In this document: piece by piece, positions 51,157 through 64,000 of the stretch
Position numbering within the stretch: the first letter of the stretch is position 1
How the letters are laid out: every line of letters starts with the position of its first letter
Origin: Octopus sinensis
Lineage: Eukaryota
DNA: 64,000 nucleotides
Reading direction: 5' to 3'
NCBI RefSeq assembly: GCF_006345805.1
Contig: NC_042998.1
Location: 7,502,001-7,566,000, forward strand
Notes under the pieces: generated by a model
What the model was told of the DNA's origin: nothing
The model's database searches: none
What the model saw: the letters and a program-made list of their open reading frames with translations, nothing else
Made by a program: the position numbers and the translations under genes

Positions 51157-51672
51157 TATTTCTTTATTGTCCACAGGGAGTTAAACATAGAGGGGACAAA
51201 CAAGGGATCAAGTCAATTACATCGACCCCAGTTCGTAACTGGTACTTAATTTATCGACCCCGAAAGGATGAAAGGCAAAGTCGACCTCGGCGGAATTTGA
51301 ACTCAGAACGTAACGGCAGACGAAATGCCCATTTCTTTACCACCCACAAGGGGCTAAACACAGAGAGGACAAACAAGGACAGACAAAGGGATTTAGTCGA
51401 TTATATCGACCTCAGTGCGTAACTGGTACTTATTTATCGACCCCGAAAGGATGAAAGGCAAAGTCGACCTCGGCGGAATTTGAACTCAGAACGTAACGGC
51501 AGACGAAATGCCCATTTCTTTACCACCCACAAGGGGCTAAACACAGAGAGGACAAACAAGGACAGACAAAGGGATTTAGTCGATTATATCGACCTCAGTG
51601 CGTAACTGGTACTTACTTAATCGCCCCCAAAAGGATGAAAGGCAAAGTCGATCTCGGTGGAATTTGAACTCA
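51157..51672 (-). mobile_element. SINE family C tandem trimer (~183-bp units)
   Basis: Unit starts at ~51157, 51331 and 51514. Confidence 0.88.
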
Positions 51673-52071
51673 TTTTCTTAGGTTCGACTTTAACTTCATG
51701 TACTTCCAGCGCTTCAACTTTCACCCTGTTTCCAGTTGCATCCGCATAGCTCTGGCCTCCTATTGGCACCCTCTCGGATTTTTCCCACAATGTGAAAAAA
51801 GAAAAACAACAATTCAAAAATAATAATTAGCAATTTCAACAATAACAATAAATAATTTTGGGTACACCTACGAGGGAAAACCTTCAACAATTATTCAACA
51901 AAGTGACTTACGTCTAACAAATATCAGGATAAATTTAACTCCGATTCGAATATCTCAAACCGCCTACTTCGTCCTTCAGTCCGTCGACCGGCCACTGGTC
52001 TGTTTATAATGGCTGGGTACTACCACTTTTTACCGGGAGGGGTGTACAGTTTCACTATACGACACAAACAC

Positions 52072-52113
<42 letters not shown>

Positions 52114-52254
52114 CATACATGCACACTTACATACACAATTACGCGCACGCAAACACACGCACACACTCAGACGCACAAAGACGAATATGTCGAATACGTA
52201 CATACATACATGATACATAGATACATAAATTATATGCATACATATATAGCTACG

Positions 52255-52556
52255 TGGAGGCGCAATGGCCCAATGGTTAGGGCAGCGGACTCGCGGTTGG
52301 AGGATCGCGGTTTCGATTCCCAAACCGGGCGTTGTGTGTGTTTATTGAGCGAAAACACCTAAAAGCTCCACGAGGCTCCGGTAGGGGGTGGTGGCGACCC
52401 CTGTTGTACTCTTTCACCACTCTTTCTCCCACTTTCTTCTGTTGGCCTGCTCGCTTAGCCAGCGGGGTGACGTCGTTCGAAGGCTAAAACAATGCGAACG
52501 CATTGTGACCAGCGATGTGTAACAACATCTGATGGTCTGGTCAGTCACGTGATCAC
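52255..52556 (+). mobile_element. SINE with a family-B head and a third tail type
   Basis: Head matches 20548; tail AGGCTAAAACAATGCG...GTCACGTGATCAC differs. Confidence 0.82.
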
Positions 52557-52737
52557 ATAGATACATAAATTACATACATACATACACAAGGACACGCTGG
52601 TGTGCACACACACGCTCGCAACAAGATCTCAAACAAACAAACGCGGTCTCTATACCGGACTAAGTCAATAGTCACTGAAAAGGTTGCAAGAAGCAACGAA
52701 AGAGCTTTGACAACCAAAGACAAAACAATCGGATGTT

Positions 52738-53194
52738 GGATCTTTTCGGTTTGAACGGCAGTTTTTAACATAATTTCTAGGCAACTAAAAGTTTTAAACT
52801 TCGTATACTGGTAGAATGTGTTTATAAAACATCTTCTCTTGGCTTTATTGAGAAAATACTATGTTTTGTAAGATATTTGGTCTTCAATTTCTTGCATTTC
52901 GGCAATTTCAACCAATCAATGACCGTCTATCGAGGTGAAAACATTCTGTGCCGTATGAATATGTCCCTCGTTTAAGAAACAGATTGGGTTTATTTACATT
53001 TGTGAAGAAAAAAGATACTCTTCCCCCCACCCCTAACCCTAACACAGTTTGAAATGCAATAGATCGATACTAGGGTCATAATTATGGGTGACAATATCTT
53101 TTGACACCGCTAGAAAAAACTGCCGTTCAAAATTATGGGTGACAATATCATATGACACCGCTAGAAAAAACTGCCGTTCAAACCGAAAAGATCC
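52738..53194. mobile_element. Merlin-like MITE, short-TIR subfamily, 8-bp TSD
   Basis: TIRs GGATCTTTTCGGTTTGAACGGCAGTTTTT / AAAAACTGCCGTTCAAACCGAAAAGATCC; TSD CGGATGTT at 52730-52737 and 53195-53202; ~52-bp subterminal duplication at the right end. Confidence 0.85.
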
Positions 53195-53516
53195 CGGATG
53201 TTTAATGAATGGGTGGAATTGAACCAGTGTGTGTTAATTATATTGACATAATGACTCTCCCCAGACACAACAATAAGATTATATCGTTTAATTATATTTT
53301 AGATACACAACTAATATCACTTCAATTAGCTTAGACAAAGAAGGAAGTACAGTACTAATGAGTCTGTCAGGATTTGACCGACTGAAAGCAATAGTAGAAC
53401 ACACTGACAGGATGCTGTGCAATAAAATGGAACTGGATGGACGTGGCTGCGAAGCAAATCTTTTAAATACACAATAAGACTTTGGTGCAAATATATAAGA
53501 CTGAGCAAACATATAT

Positions 53517-53915
53517 ACCTATTTCTTTACTTCCCACAAGGGGCTACACACAGAGGGGACAAACAAGGACAGACAAAGGGATTAAGTCGATTATATCGAC
53601 CCCAGTGCGTAATTGGTACTTATTCAATCGACCCCGAAAGGATGAAAGGCAAAGTCGACCTCGGCGGAATTTGAACTCAGAACGTAACGGCAGACAAAAT
53701 ACCTGTTTCTTTACTACCCACAAGGGACTAAACACAGAGAGGACAAACAAGGACAGACAAAGGGATTAAGTCGATTATATCGACCCCAGTGCGTAATTGG
53801 TACTTATTTAATCGACCCCGAAAGGACGAAAGGCAAAGTCGACCTCGGCGGTAATTTGAACTCAGAACGTAGCATTTCGCCCGGCGTGCTAAAGATTCTG
53901 CCAGCTCGCTGCCTT
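53517..53915 (-). mobile_element. SINE family C dimer
   Basis: Units at 53521 and 53705. Confidence 0.88.
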
Positions 53916-53978
53916 CAGCGCAAACATATATACCAATATATAGTTGATAATGCATAATTTGACCTTAACGCTGACGCT

Positions 53979-54011
<33 letters not shown>

Positions 54012-54888
54012 AAGGAGAGACAGACAGACAGATAGTTAATGTGTGTGCGTGCTCACGTGTTACGAAAAAAAGCGAAGACTTGCTCCTTAAGCTGTTCAGA
54101 GTGGTTTGATATCAATGTTCCTATACACCGTTAACGAAACCTCATTTATTTTTAATTGGTAGGCGAGGGATTTTGCTGTTGATAATGTTAGCTGGCAAAA
54201 ATGAGGCGTACCTGTAATTCAAATGGTCAGAATTGACACATCCTGTATATAACGCTGAATCTTCCTGACAACTATGTTAAGGGTACGCATGTCTGGGGAG
54301 TGCTCAGCCAATTGCACGTTAATTTCAGAGCAAGCTGTTCCGCTGATCGAATCAACCGGAACACTCGTCGTCGTAAGCGATGGAGTGCCAAGACAGCCAA
54401 AGTTAACTGTAATTGTAAATGGCAAACCTGTCTTATTTGGTTTGATCGTATTAGCCTCCACTTAATAAAGAGCAAACTTTCAGCACCCACACAAGTTCAG
54501 GTCCCCCACGTGGTTTATACTTTAAACGTTCAGTGTTAGGAAATATGAAACCATGCGTTCATTACCGTATTCAAATGTTAGGAATAAATTTTAGATTAAT
54601 TGAAATGTGTGAAGTTGCACCAATTTTAAGTTTATCATTTTCCAGACAATTAACCTCACCATGGTCATTTATTTTATTCTTGTTTTAATCATTGGACCAT
54701 GACCATGCTGGGGCACTGACTTCAAAGGTTCAGTCGAACAAGTCTATTCTAGTACTTATTTTGTTGGACTTTTCAGCCAAACTGATACGCGATGGAAACG
54801 TAAACAAAGTAGCAGCGGTTGTCAAGGGCTGTGCTACGGGACAGACAAACACACACACACATACATATTTACAATGTATATATATAGC

Positions 54889-55064
54889 CACAGTAGCGTC
54901 AAAAAAGAATGGCTCAATTAATCCTCTTGATGATAAGTCATACCACACTGTAACTCCTGAAAAATTAACATGGTGTATCGCCATGACATGCGGATTCTCA
55001 GGTTCCAATTGTGGGGGTTAATTGAACCATTTAATTTGGATGTGGACTCATCATTCCACACAAT
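54889..55064 (-). pseudogene. Inverted fragment of the adjacent transposase (homologous to 55643-55829)
   Basis: Reverse complement aligns with a small deletion and scattered substitutions. Confidence 0.85.
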
Positions 55065-55089
55065 GAATATATGAATATATATGAATATA

Positions 55090-56355
55090 TAGGTTTTCCA
55101 AAATATGTATACACACTTTAGCAGCTGATAACTCAACTGATGTTTTTTTCTTTCCAGATGAAACCCAGTGGAATTAACGATGGCAAATGGACGAAGCTTT
55201 GAACAAAGGGAAGTCATTGTAAATTGCTACTGAATGTTTGAAAACGCCGTGGAACTACGAAGACAGTTTAAGAGGGAGTTTCAAACAGATCCACCAATGT
55301 AACTTACCATCGCCCAAATTTGAGGTAAGTTTGAAGCCGATGGAACTGTTTAGAATGATCACGAGAAACGTTCCGAAAGACCACGATCATCGACAACCCC
55401 GATAAACCAAAAAAGGAGTGCTGGAAACGTATCACCAATGTCCAAGAAAATCTATGCGGCAAGTGAGTCGCGTGGCAGATATGTCAATATCGTCTGTCCA
55501 ACGCATTTTGAAGCGCTGTTAATGGAAAAGTTACGTTCCAAGATTAGTCCATGCTACTAATGACGATGACCCAGATCGAAGAGTGCAGTATTGTGAGCGG
55601 TGATTGGTACGATGTGTAGAAGAAGCACACTTACCAACAAAGATTGTGTGGAATGATGAGGCCACATCCAAATTAAATGGTTCAATTAACGGCCACAATT
55701 GCACCTACTGGTGACCTGAGAATCCGCATGTCATGGCGGTACACCATGTTAATTTTCCAGGAGTTACAGTGGGGTGTGACTTAATCATCAAGAGGATTAA
55801 TTGGACCATTCTTCTTTGACGCTACTGTGACTGGTCCCATTTAATTGAACTTACTGTAACAGTCTGTCATTCCAAGCATTGAAAAAGACTTTTAAGATAA
55901 GGAGTTTTGTTTTCAGCAAGATGGTGCATCTCCACACTACCATCGCGATGTTAGATCCTTCCTTGATGAGATCTTGCTAAACAGGTGGATTGGACGAAGG
56001 GGCCTCATTGAATACCCTCCACGTTCACCAGACCTCACACCACTAGACTTTTTTTATGGAGATAGCTAAAAGACACAGTCTACGCTATGAAACCTGCAAC
56101 AGTCGCTGATTTGAGAGCAGCCATTGAATGAAAATGCCCACAAATACCAAACGAATTGCTTCGTGATGGCTGCGATTCCATTGCTTCGCGTTGTCAGCAG
56201 TGCCTAGACAAGAACGGACATCAGTTTGAAAACAGCATTGACAAAACAATGAAATAATATCTGTAGATTCTATTAAATTTTGAAAACGAAATGTATTTTA
56301 ATAAAAACCTACTTTACAATCATCTAGTGTGTATACATTTTTTGTGAACACCCTG
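55090..56355 (+). mobile_element. Decayed Tc1/mariner-superfamily transposon, DD41D (rosa/VS-type)
   Basis: Degenerate TIRs sharing ATGTATACACACT; TA flanks; transposase 55180-56257 with several stops; WNDEA, QQDGA and SPDLTPLDF, with 41 residues counted between D2 and D3. Confidence 0.85.
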
Positions 56356-56409
56356 TATGTATACACACACACACGCACACATATATATATATTCCATGAC
56401 ACATGCACG

Positions 56410-56565
56410 CGCGCACGACGGGTTTTTTTCAGTTTCCGTTTACTAAATTCCTTCAGAAGGGTTTGGTTGGCCCGGGGATATAGTAGAAGATACTTGCCCA
56501 AGTTGCCGCGCAATGGGACTGAACCTAAGACAACGTGGTTGGGAAGTAAGTTTCTTCACCACACA
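56410..56565 (-). mobile_element. SINE family A, 5' half
   Basis: Similarity to the other A copies. Confidence 0.7.
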
Positions 56566-57123
56566 CTTACGTTCAATAATTATATCTAATCGGTTTGATC
56601 TCTGATCGCTAAATTGCTTTATTCCACTAATAAAACATCTGATGATTCTTTTCGGATATCTAAACATTTTGTAAATTTCGCAAGGTTTTCTACGTTTCCG
56701 GCTTCTTTCGATATTTGTGAGGATGACCTTTTGTTTTTCTTTCAGTATTTTTAATCTCTTGACACACCCTGTAGTATTCTGGATATGGCGGCAATGCATA
56801 CATATATGCGAGAAATTGATTCAACGAAACGATGAGGAATCCATAAATACGAAAAACATCAGAATATAAAAATCACTAAACTTTTCACTGTTGGTTTAGG
56901 TTTTCATGTTTAAATGTATTGATAGATGAGATGGTTGAATACTGAAACATTTAAACAGATAAAGAAGCAGTAAGATAGATTTATGCATCTATATGTAAAT
57001 TGATTGACAAATCAATAAAAATATATTTATTGATGGATCGATAAATTAATAATTTGGCTGTAAGCTAGTAAGATAGAGAAATGGATAATTGGATAGTAAT
57101 ATAGAAAAATATAGTAATGTAGT

Positions 57124-57298
57124 TATATAAGAATTTTTTTGCGTCATTAATTTTGACTTAATTTTCCTCTCACACCGTCTCCGATGAGAGGATATTATTA
57201 ATTAATATCCTAGAAACAGCTGTAAGACCTATCTATAAATGCTCTAATATCTATACTGCCTTGGTTTTTTATCGTATTACGCAAAAAATTCTTATATA
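57124..57298. mobile_element. 175-bp element with ~22-bp terminal inverted repeats enclosing a hammerhead motif
   Basis: TATATAAGAATTTTTTTGCGT...ACGCAAAAAATTCTTATATA. Confidence 0.65.
57177..57228 (+). ncRNA. Minimal type-I hammerhead motif (core variant)
   Basis: GTCT-CCGATGA-G-AGGATATT/AATATCCT-A-GAAAC-AGCT-GTA-AGAC; U4 is C and position 10.1/11.1 is G-A. Confidence 0.62.
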
Positions 57299-57857
57299 CA
57301 CACGCTGACATAGAATCAACGTTGAACCCTTTATTCGTAATATTACCGAATCTGGAACTTAACTATGGTCTGTGTATAGCACTTATTCAGCATTACCTGC
57401 CACCTTTGGGTCTCAATGACACCATTATGTCTCGCTACTATAAGCACTTATTCCAGGTAATATAGTTATAGTAATATATAATGATATAATAATATACAAA
57501 GTAATATAGAAAGATAAAGACAGATCGATAGGCAGATGGAAGGATAGATCGACAGACGGACAGACAAGTAAATATTATAGAAGGCAGCAACAACAGCTGC
57601 CTAGTAGACATTAAAGGTAATCAGACTGCAGCAGCGGGAAATAAAGTATCTTGCTCTCGGAGACGACGCACCACCTGTTTCAGGAATTGAACAAACTCAC
57701 TTATGATCATGAGCTGAACAGCCTTATCCATAAGACTACGCGCCTTCTCATGGTTAAAATGTTGTCTCATACAAGAGGGAAAGAAAAGCATTTTTTGTTG
57801 TTTGTTTTTCCTTCATTGAATTTTGTTGTATCTGTACTGAGTTAGTAATTAGGAAGT

Positions 57858-58083
57858 TACTCTTTACTCTCTCTCTTTTACTCTTTTCAGTCATTTGACT
57901 GCGGTCATGCTGGAGCTCCGCCCTTAGTCGAGCAAATCGACCCCGGGACTTATTCTTTGTAAGCCCAGTACTTATTCTATCGGTCTTTTTTGCCGAACCG
58001 CTAAGTGACGGGGACGTAAACACACCAGCATCGGTTGTCAAGCAATGCTAGGCGGACAAACACAGACACACAAACATATACAT

Positions 58084-58118
<35 letters not shown>

Positions 58119-58286
58119 CATATATATGACAGGCTTCTTTCAGTTTCCGTCTACCAAATCCACTCACAAGGCATTGGTCGGCCCGAGGCTATAGCAGAAG
58201 GCACTTGCCCAAGATGCCACACAGTGGGACTGAACCCGGAACCATGTGGTTGGTAAGCAAGCTACTTACCACGCAGCCACTCCTGC
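57858..58286 (-). mobile_element. SINE family A
   Basis: Full head to tail. Confidence 0.88.
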
Positions 58287-59589
58287 TCAAAGCATTTCCA
58301 TTTCTGCTTGAAAAGAATACACACGTTTTTGAGAAATCTGCGTACACACACACACACGCACACACACACACACACAGGTATATTCATATATTATATGCAT
58401 ATTTGTGTGTGAATTTTAAACACACAGACATAAATAAATATATACACACACACAAATATATTCATATATTATATGCATATTTGTGTGTCTGTATTATATA
58501 CATACATACACACACACTCATATATACACGCATATTAGCAACATACACGCACACATACATACACATATATTCAGGTGATCAAAAAAATAAATAAATCGAT
58601 GGACCGAGAAGGTCCCTTAAAACATCACCGCTTCATCCTGAAACTCGAAACTGCAGCGTTCATCACAGCTTCTTTCATAGAATCGTATAATAAATGAAGC
58701 TATCTAAACATTCTATAAATACAAACGTGATTATTTATTTAACACACTTGCCAAACTATTTTAAAAATGTACGAAGAATTTTTCTTACTTTGAATGAAAG
58801 AAAATTTGAAGTATGAGATGTGAGATTTCTAAAACGATAAGATGAAGCAGAATAAAAAGGTATGTTGAAATATTTGGCAAAAATACTCTGAAATGGTGGG
58901 GTTAGCGTTAAGTGTTCAGCACTGGCCAAGTTAATTTAACGTTTTCATCACGTATATCAGCTCATTAACGTGCTAACATATTTGTATTGACATCAAGGTT
59001 AGTTCGACCCAAGATTTTAATGCGAGATTAAAAAAGCACGGCGATTATGATTCGTACTTACATCACGTACATACGGGTACATACCAACCCTACACAAACA
59101 CTCACTGACACACAGCAATGATGGAGTTTGGAGGTTTACCAAATGTTTCTTTTGGCATTTTTCATTTGGTAAATTTCAAAATTTGAAGTAGAAACAAAGA
59201 ATATACGAACGGAACTATTTTCTATAGATACGATGCTACATCAGATTGACAAATGATAACGACTGGGATTTCTTAGACACGCATGAAAGAGTTTAAAAGG
59301 GCATTGATACTACTACTATTACTACGACGACGACGACCACCACTACTACTTTCTAATCTAGGCACAAGGGTAGCAGTTTTGTAGGGATGGGGTTTAAACT
59401 ATATGGTCGACCCAGTATTTAATTGCTACTCTATTTTTTTATTGATCCAGTAAGGATGGAGGGAAAAGCTGACCTCGGTAGAATTTGAACTCAGAACATA
59501 GCTGTTCAGCTACAGCTCTTTACCGTCGAGGCCAATATGCCTTTCATCGTTCGAGATAGATGAAACATAGTACTAATCTATTATAATAA

Positions 59590-59805
59590 TGATTTTAAAT
59601 TTTAGCACAAGGCCAGCAAGTTCAGGGGAGAGAGAAAGTCGATTACATCGACCCCAGTGCTCAACTGGTACTTATGTTACCGACTCCGAAAGAATGAAAG
59701 GAGGCAAAATTGACCTCGGTGGAATTTGAACTCAGAACGTAATGACTGCCGAAATGCTGCAAAGTATTTTGCCCGGCGTGTTAACAACTCTGCCAGCTCG
59801 CAGCC
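59590..59805 (-). mobile_element. SINE family C
   Basis: Similarity to the other C copies; an older fragment lies at ~59350-59520. Confidence 0.8.
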
Positions 59806-60515
59806 AAATAATAATAATAATAATAATTCAGAAAGACATTGATGATTGCGTTGATGATGATCATCGCATAAACTGGTAACTGTTTTATAAATGGGAAGAA
59901 ACTGGGATATTCACTCTTGATATCTTCCTCAAAGACATTAGCAACACCAGAGAATTAAAGCGGCTAACTAAATATCCTTCAATCACAGATCTCGGAACTA
60001 ATGTTCTAAATGGTAACAACACTTGTAAGATTCAGAAATGTGACATGCCAAATGTTTCCCAACAAGGATTGGACTATAATGTTTATAAATATCTGAAAAA
60101 GAAATTAAAATTGAAGGAAATTTTACATAAATGAGAGGAAAATCAAATAGAAAATTCAGCAAAAGAGATAGAAACATGAAAAGAATACAGAAACAAGGGG
60201 ACTAGCTTAATGAAGGCCTCACATCATTAACTTATTTAATATGTAAATACTAACTGAACGAAGAAAAGTTTTCTGTACAAGTTTATTATATTAAGCCGAA
60301 AATAGCTTTGTCATTCGAAGCAACTATATATCACTAGTTCTTGTTTAGCACAGATCAGCATAGAGGCAGCAGCGCTTTGGCCCACATTCTTCGAAACAGC
60401 GATCATTCCAACTAGTGTAAAATAATTAGCGTATTCAGAACTACATTTTCTAATGAATTTTTTTAATTTTTAAGATAGATCTGATTTGCTTTCCCACTTT
60501 GGTTTGAAAGTGGTT

Positions 60516-60900
60516 TACTCTTTTACTTGTTTCAGTCATTTGACTGTGGCCATGCTGGAGCACCACCTTTAGTCGAGAAAATCATCCCCAGGGCTTATTG
60601 TTTGTAAGCCTAGTATTTATTCTATCGGTCTCTTTTGCCGCACCGTTAAGCTACAGGGACGTAAACACACCAGCATCGGTTGTCAAACGATGTTGGGGGG
60701 GGGGGGAACAAACACAGACACACAAACATATACACACACATATATATACATATATACGACGGGCTTCTTTCAGTTTCCGTCTACCAAATCCACTCACAAG
60801 GCTTTGGTCGGCCCGAGGCTATAGCAGAAGACACTTGACTGAACCCGGAACCATGTGGTTCGTAGGCAAGCTACTTACCACACAACCACTCCTACGCCTA
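60516..60900 (-). mobile_element. SINE family A
   Basis: Full head to tail with a small deletion. Confidence 0.88.
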
Positions 60901-61253
60901 TAGGGCAAGAGACTTGAACAACGTAAAGTAAATAGCCTTGAATCTTGCCATTACATCGCTGACACTGTCAAAGAACTAGGTACAATATACAATTAGCTTT
61001 TTCTAAATAAGACTCCACAAATGTTTTTATGTATCATATATTCACTTACCCACGATTTTTTCTTTGGACTAACGAAATTATTAAGAATTATATCAGTGTA
61101 AAAACATATGATGGGGTTAACGAAGTCGTGTTTCAAACATCATTAACATCCTGTGACAAAATCACATTTGTCTTTCTCATATCTTATGCAAAAGCTTCAC
61201 AGAGAGAGAGAGAGAGAGAGAGGAGAGGAGAGAGAGAGAGAGAGAGAGAGAGA

Positions 61254-61291
<38 letters not shown>

Positions 61292-61669
61292 TAGACAGAT
61301 AGGAAAATTTTGAAATTCTTCACGGAAATGAATCTAGTTATTAAAAAATGGTCAGTTATTTTGTTTTTGTTTAAAAACAGTTCCAGTTTTTTAAATGTGT
61401 TCGGGGAAGTTGGTGCGTGTCTGTCTGTGCACTGTATGTAGGTCTGGCTCCCTGACGGCAAACGTTCGAGTTGATTCAATCAACGAAACAGCCTACAGAC
61501 ACGCACACCCATTACGAAATTCTCACAGAATGTGATAAGTCTGGCCCTTTAAATTATTGGTACAACTCATATTTGCCAGGTGAGTGGAAATTGTGAGCCG
61601 AATACCCTAACCAGTAAGTCACGTGCCTTAACTCACTATATCATCTTGGGTCACTTTGACCGGTCAAAC

Positions 61670-63000
61670 TGTCGGATGTCGCTTTGAATGCGCTGCCCAC
61701 ATTTCACTCATTCCGTTCTTGATATCTTCCTTAATCTACGGAAATATTTCTCACTAGCTTTGTGCACAGCTCCAACACATATCTGACAGTCCCAAAATAC
61801 ATATATCTTTATTCTTCGAGAACTTGGGAAATAGGCCGATCATTTATCATCGTTTCCTCGATTGACTACCAAATATAAATATTTATCTTTACTACACTCC
61901 ATTCTTATATTCCGTGTGATTGCTGTGACCAGTTATGCCTGGCGTTTAGAATATTACTTGACTAAAGTCATCGTCGGAAAAAGTGTGGGGGTATTAATTT
62001 TTCTCTCCTCTAGGGTTTCTAACATGTATATTTTGTTTATCCTCACAATGCTAAAAAGGGGTTCACTGCTAAGATGAAAGGTATCACAGACAAGCTACCC
62101 TAATGCTGTTTTTGATTTTAATAACATCTACAGCTCTAAGGACCATGTTGTCGGTCTCTTAATGGTATGACAGAGTCAAACGCCTTATAAGTTGGTCATA
62201 TAGTTAGAAGAGCTCCCTTCGTTCTGGTCAGCAATGCTGAGGAGGATCTCTTCAACACAACTCCACATTTATTCATTTATTATCTTTCTCATTAGTCACC
62301 ACGTTTGTTTTGATCCCGGAAAAATGCATTCAAGTAATCTGTGCATAGTTTAACTTTAAAAATTATACAAGGTCTTAGTGTGTCTCCTGCTTCTTAGATA
62401 CGTAAGCTGAACAACTGCTAACTGGTTCACTTAAAATAAAATTCAACGTTCAATGTTTTTTTTTTAACAGGTCGACGAGTACTTCCCTGTAGAACGTGAG
62501 ATTTCTATACCAATAACAGATTATCGGAAAATTTCCTTTGGTGATGTTTTGAAGGGTCTCGCATAACATTCACTCAGTAGCTCACTTAACCTCATTGCAT
62601 TGCGATTTTGCTCTCTGTGTACACTCCAGATTCCACTCTAAATGACTCTAGACAATATTCTTTCCATTTTGGCGGGTGGTGGGCAGAAAATCCTGATCTG
62701 TTCACATCCATTTCCCGTTCAGTTTTCAAGGTTGATTATACTAGAAAGTGCATCATATTATCCCTCAAAGAACGAGGCTTACTGGCGTAACCGTTTCGCC
62801 CTGCAACCCGAGTATCTCTGATATTTAAGCTCTACTAGCTCTCTATGGAGGTATTTTCCCCCACCCTTTTCGTAGACAGATGCTGATTCAACTCGAAAGT
62901 CTCCTGGAATTCTCTAGATAATTCCACAACCTATTATACTAAGTCTACTTTCATACATTGCCTTAGTGTAATGTAGTTGAAATCCACGTGTTAAATTTCA
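61670..63000 (-). pseudogene. Heavily decayed R4/Dong-like reverse transcriptase region
   Basis: Ordered remnants on the minus strand: YWYRNLT, NYAQIT (for NYRPIT), YKAFDSV, ILAVNPLF, HTFSDD, RMECSKDK, EKYFRRLRKI; many stops and frameshifts. Confidence 0.6.
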
Positions 63001-64000
63001 AGTCAGTTTCACAGCCTGCTTATTACTATAATCATCTCTAAGAAGACGCTTCTTTGCATTTATCCGAAGATAACTATTATTTTTTTTCTTTACCAGACTT
63101 GTATTAAATGACAGAAGATTTAGGGGATCGTATTTATTACACGAAACATGAATAGTTCCCATATGCTGACGTGACGGAATTTGATCCCGTGTTATGTATG
63201 TATATATACGTTGATCAGTAGGTATGCATGTGTACGTGTGTGCTTCAGTATGTGCATCCTTGTTGCATTTTTTTAACTAAAATAAATGTAAAACAATTGC
63301 TGACGTTGGGTAAATTTACAAGGCAGTGTTTTCACTTAACCGCTTATTAAGGGTTGAATACTGTGTTACTTAAAATAATGCTATATTACTTGGGGGCCCC
63401 ACACTTAATGGAATCTCCCCCTTAAAACACACACACACACACACACACGAATGCGCACAGGCAGATATCGCTCACACTGATATCGTTTATGACTTTGAGC
63501 AGTCTGTACTTTTACGTGGACGCGATATAAGTCGTTCTAAGAACTTCGCGAAGTTATGTTCTTCATAGTTATGAAAATGAAGAGTTTAATGTTAAATGGA
63601 AATAAAGACACATTATGGGGGTGCGGGGGAGGACTTCAGAAAACTCTCGGTGTTTTCAAAATCACGTTTCAATCTGCTAATTTTAAAAACAAGATAACAA
63701 GCTAACCACTCCATAATGTTTCTTTAGAGAGGAAACCTAAAGCAATTTGGTAAAATAAACAAATGCAATTTAACGTTATTTTAAAAATTTCATCTAGAAA
63801 CAAGTAAAGTGCTGTTTTATAGAATATAAATATATGGGAAGTCGAATATGTTTGGATTAGCTTCTTTCAATATATGTACGAAAGTGATAATGTATGCGCA
63901 TGTGTATAACATTATATATATATATATATATATATAAACTTACTTGGAGGATAAGAAACGACGCGAGGTGGTCAGTCATATAATAACAATTTAACAAATA

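Noticed and set aside
51157-51672. Regular repeats resembling a CRISPR or satellite array
   Set aside because: Units are whole SINE bodies with no unique spacers; eukaryotic context, no cas genes.
51673-51830. GC-richer block as a possible host exon
   Set aside because: The apparent acceptor overlaps a SINE junction, there is no convincing donor, and no frame resembles a protein I recognise.

Overview
AT-rich eukaryotic DNA, almost entirely repeats. The tRNA-derived SINE families and microsatellite load suggest an octopod cephalopod (inference; no search run). I found no supportable host protein-coding gene, rRNA, true tRNA or CRISPR array. Contents: (1) 0.2-10.5 kb, two tandem minus-strand copies of a CR1-group LINE (one 5'-truncated, one apparently full length), each flanked by a TA/TATATGCA microsatellite; ORF1 reads as a Myb/SANT-like domain plus a CCCH finger. 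(2) A 100-N gap, then 10.7-13.9 kb, a cluster of fold-back elements carrying minimal type-I hammerhead ribozyme motifs of the Penelope-like-element kind, including a ~400-bp palindrome with a complete-looking hammerhead on each strand. (3) 14.2-17.4 kb, Tx1/L1-type fragments inside (GATA)n arrays with a second CR1-type LINE nested in one. (4) 18-64 kb, dozens of SINEs (modular, some dimeric or trimeric), Merlin-like MITEs with 8-bp TSDs and telomere-like repeats, a non-autonomous Helitron, Tc1/mariner MITEs, a decayed DD41D transposon, and RTE and R4-like fragments. All calls were made by eye; boundaries are approximate unless a TSD or TIR is quoted.
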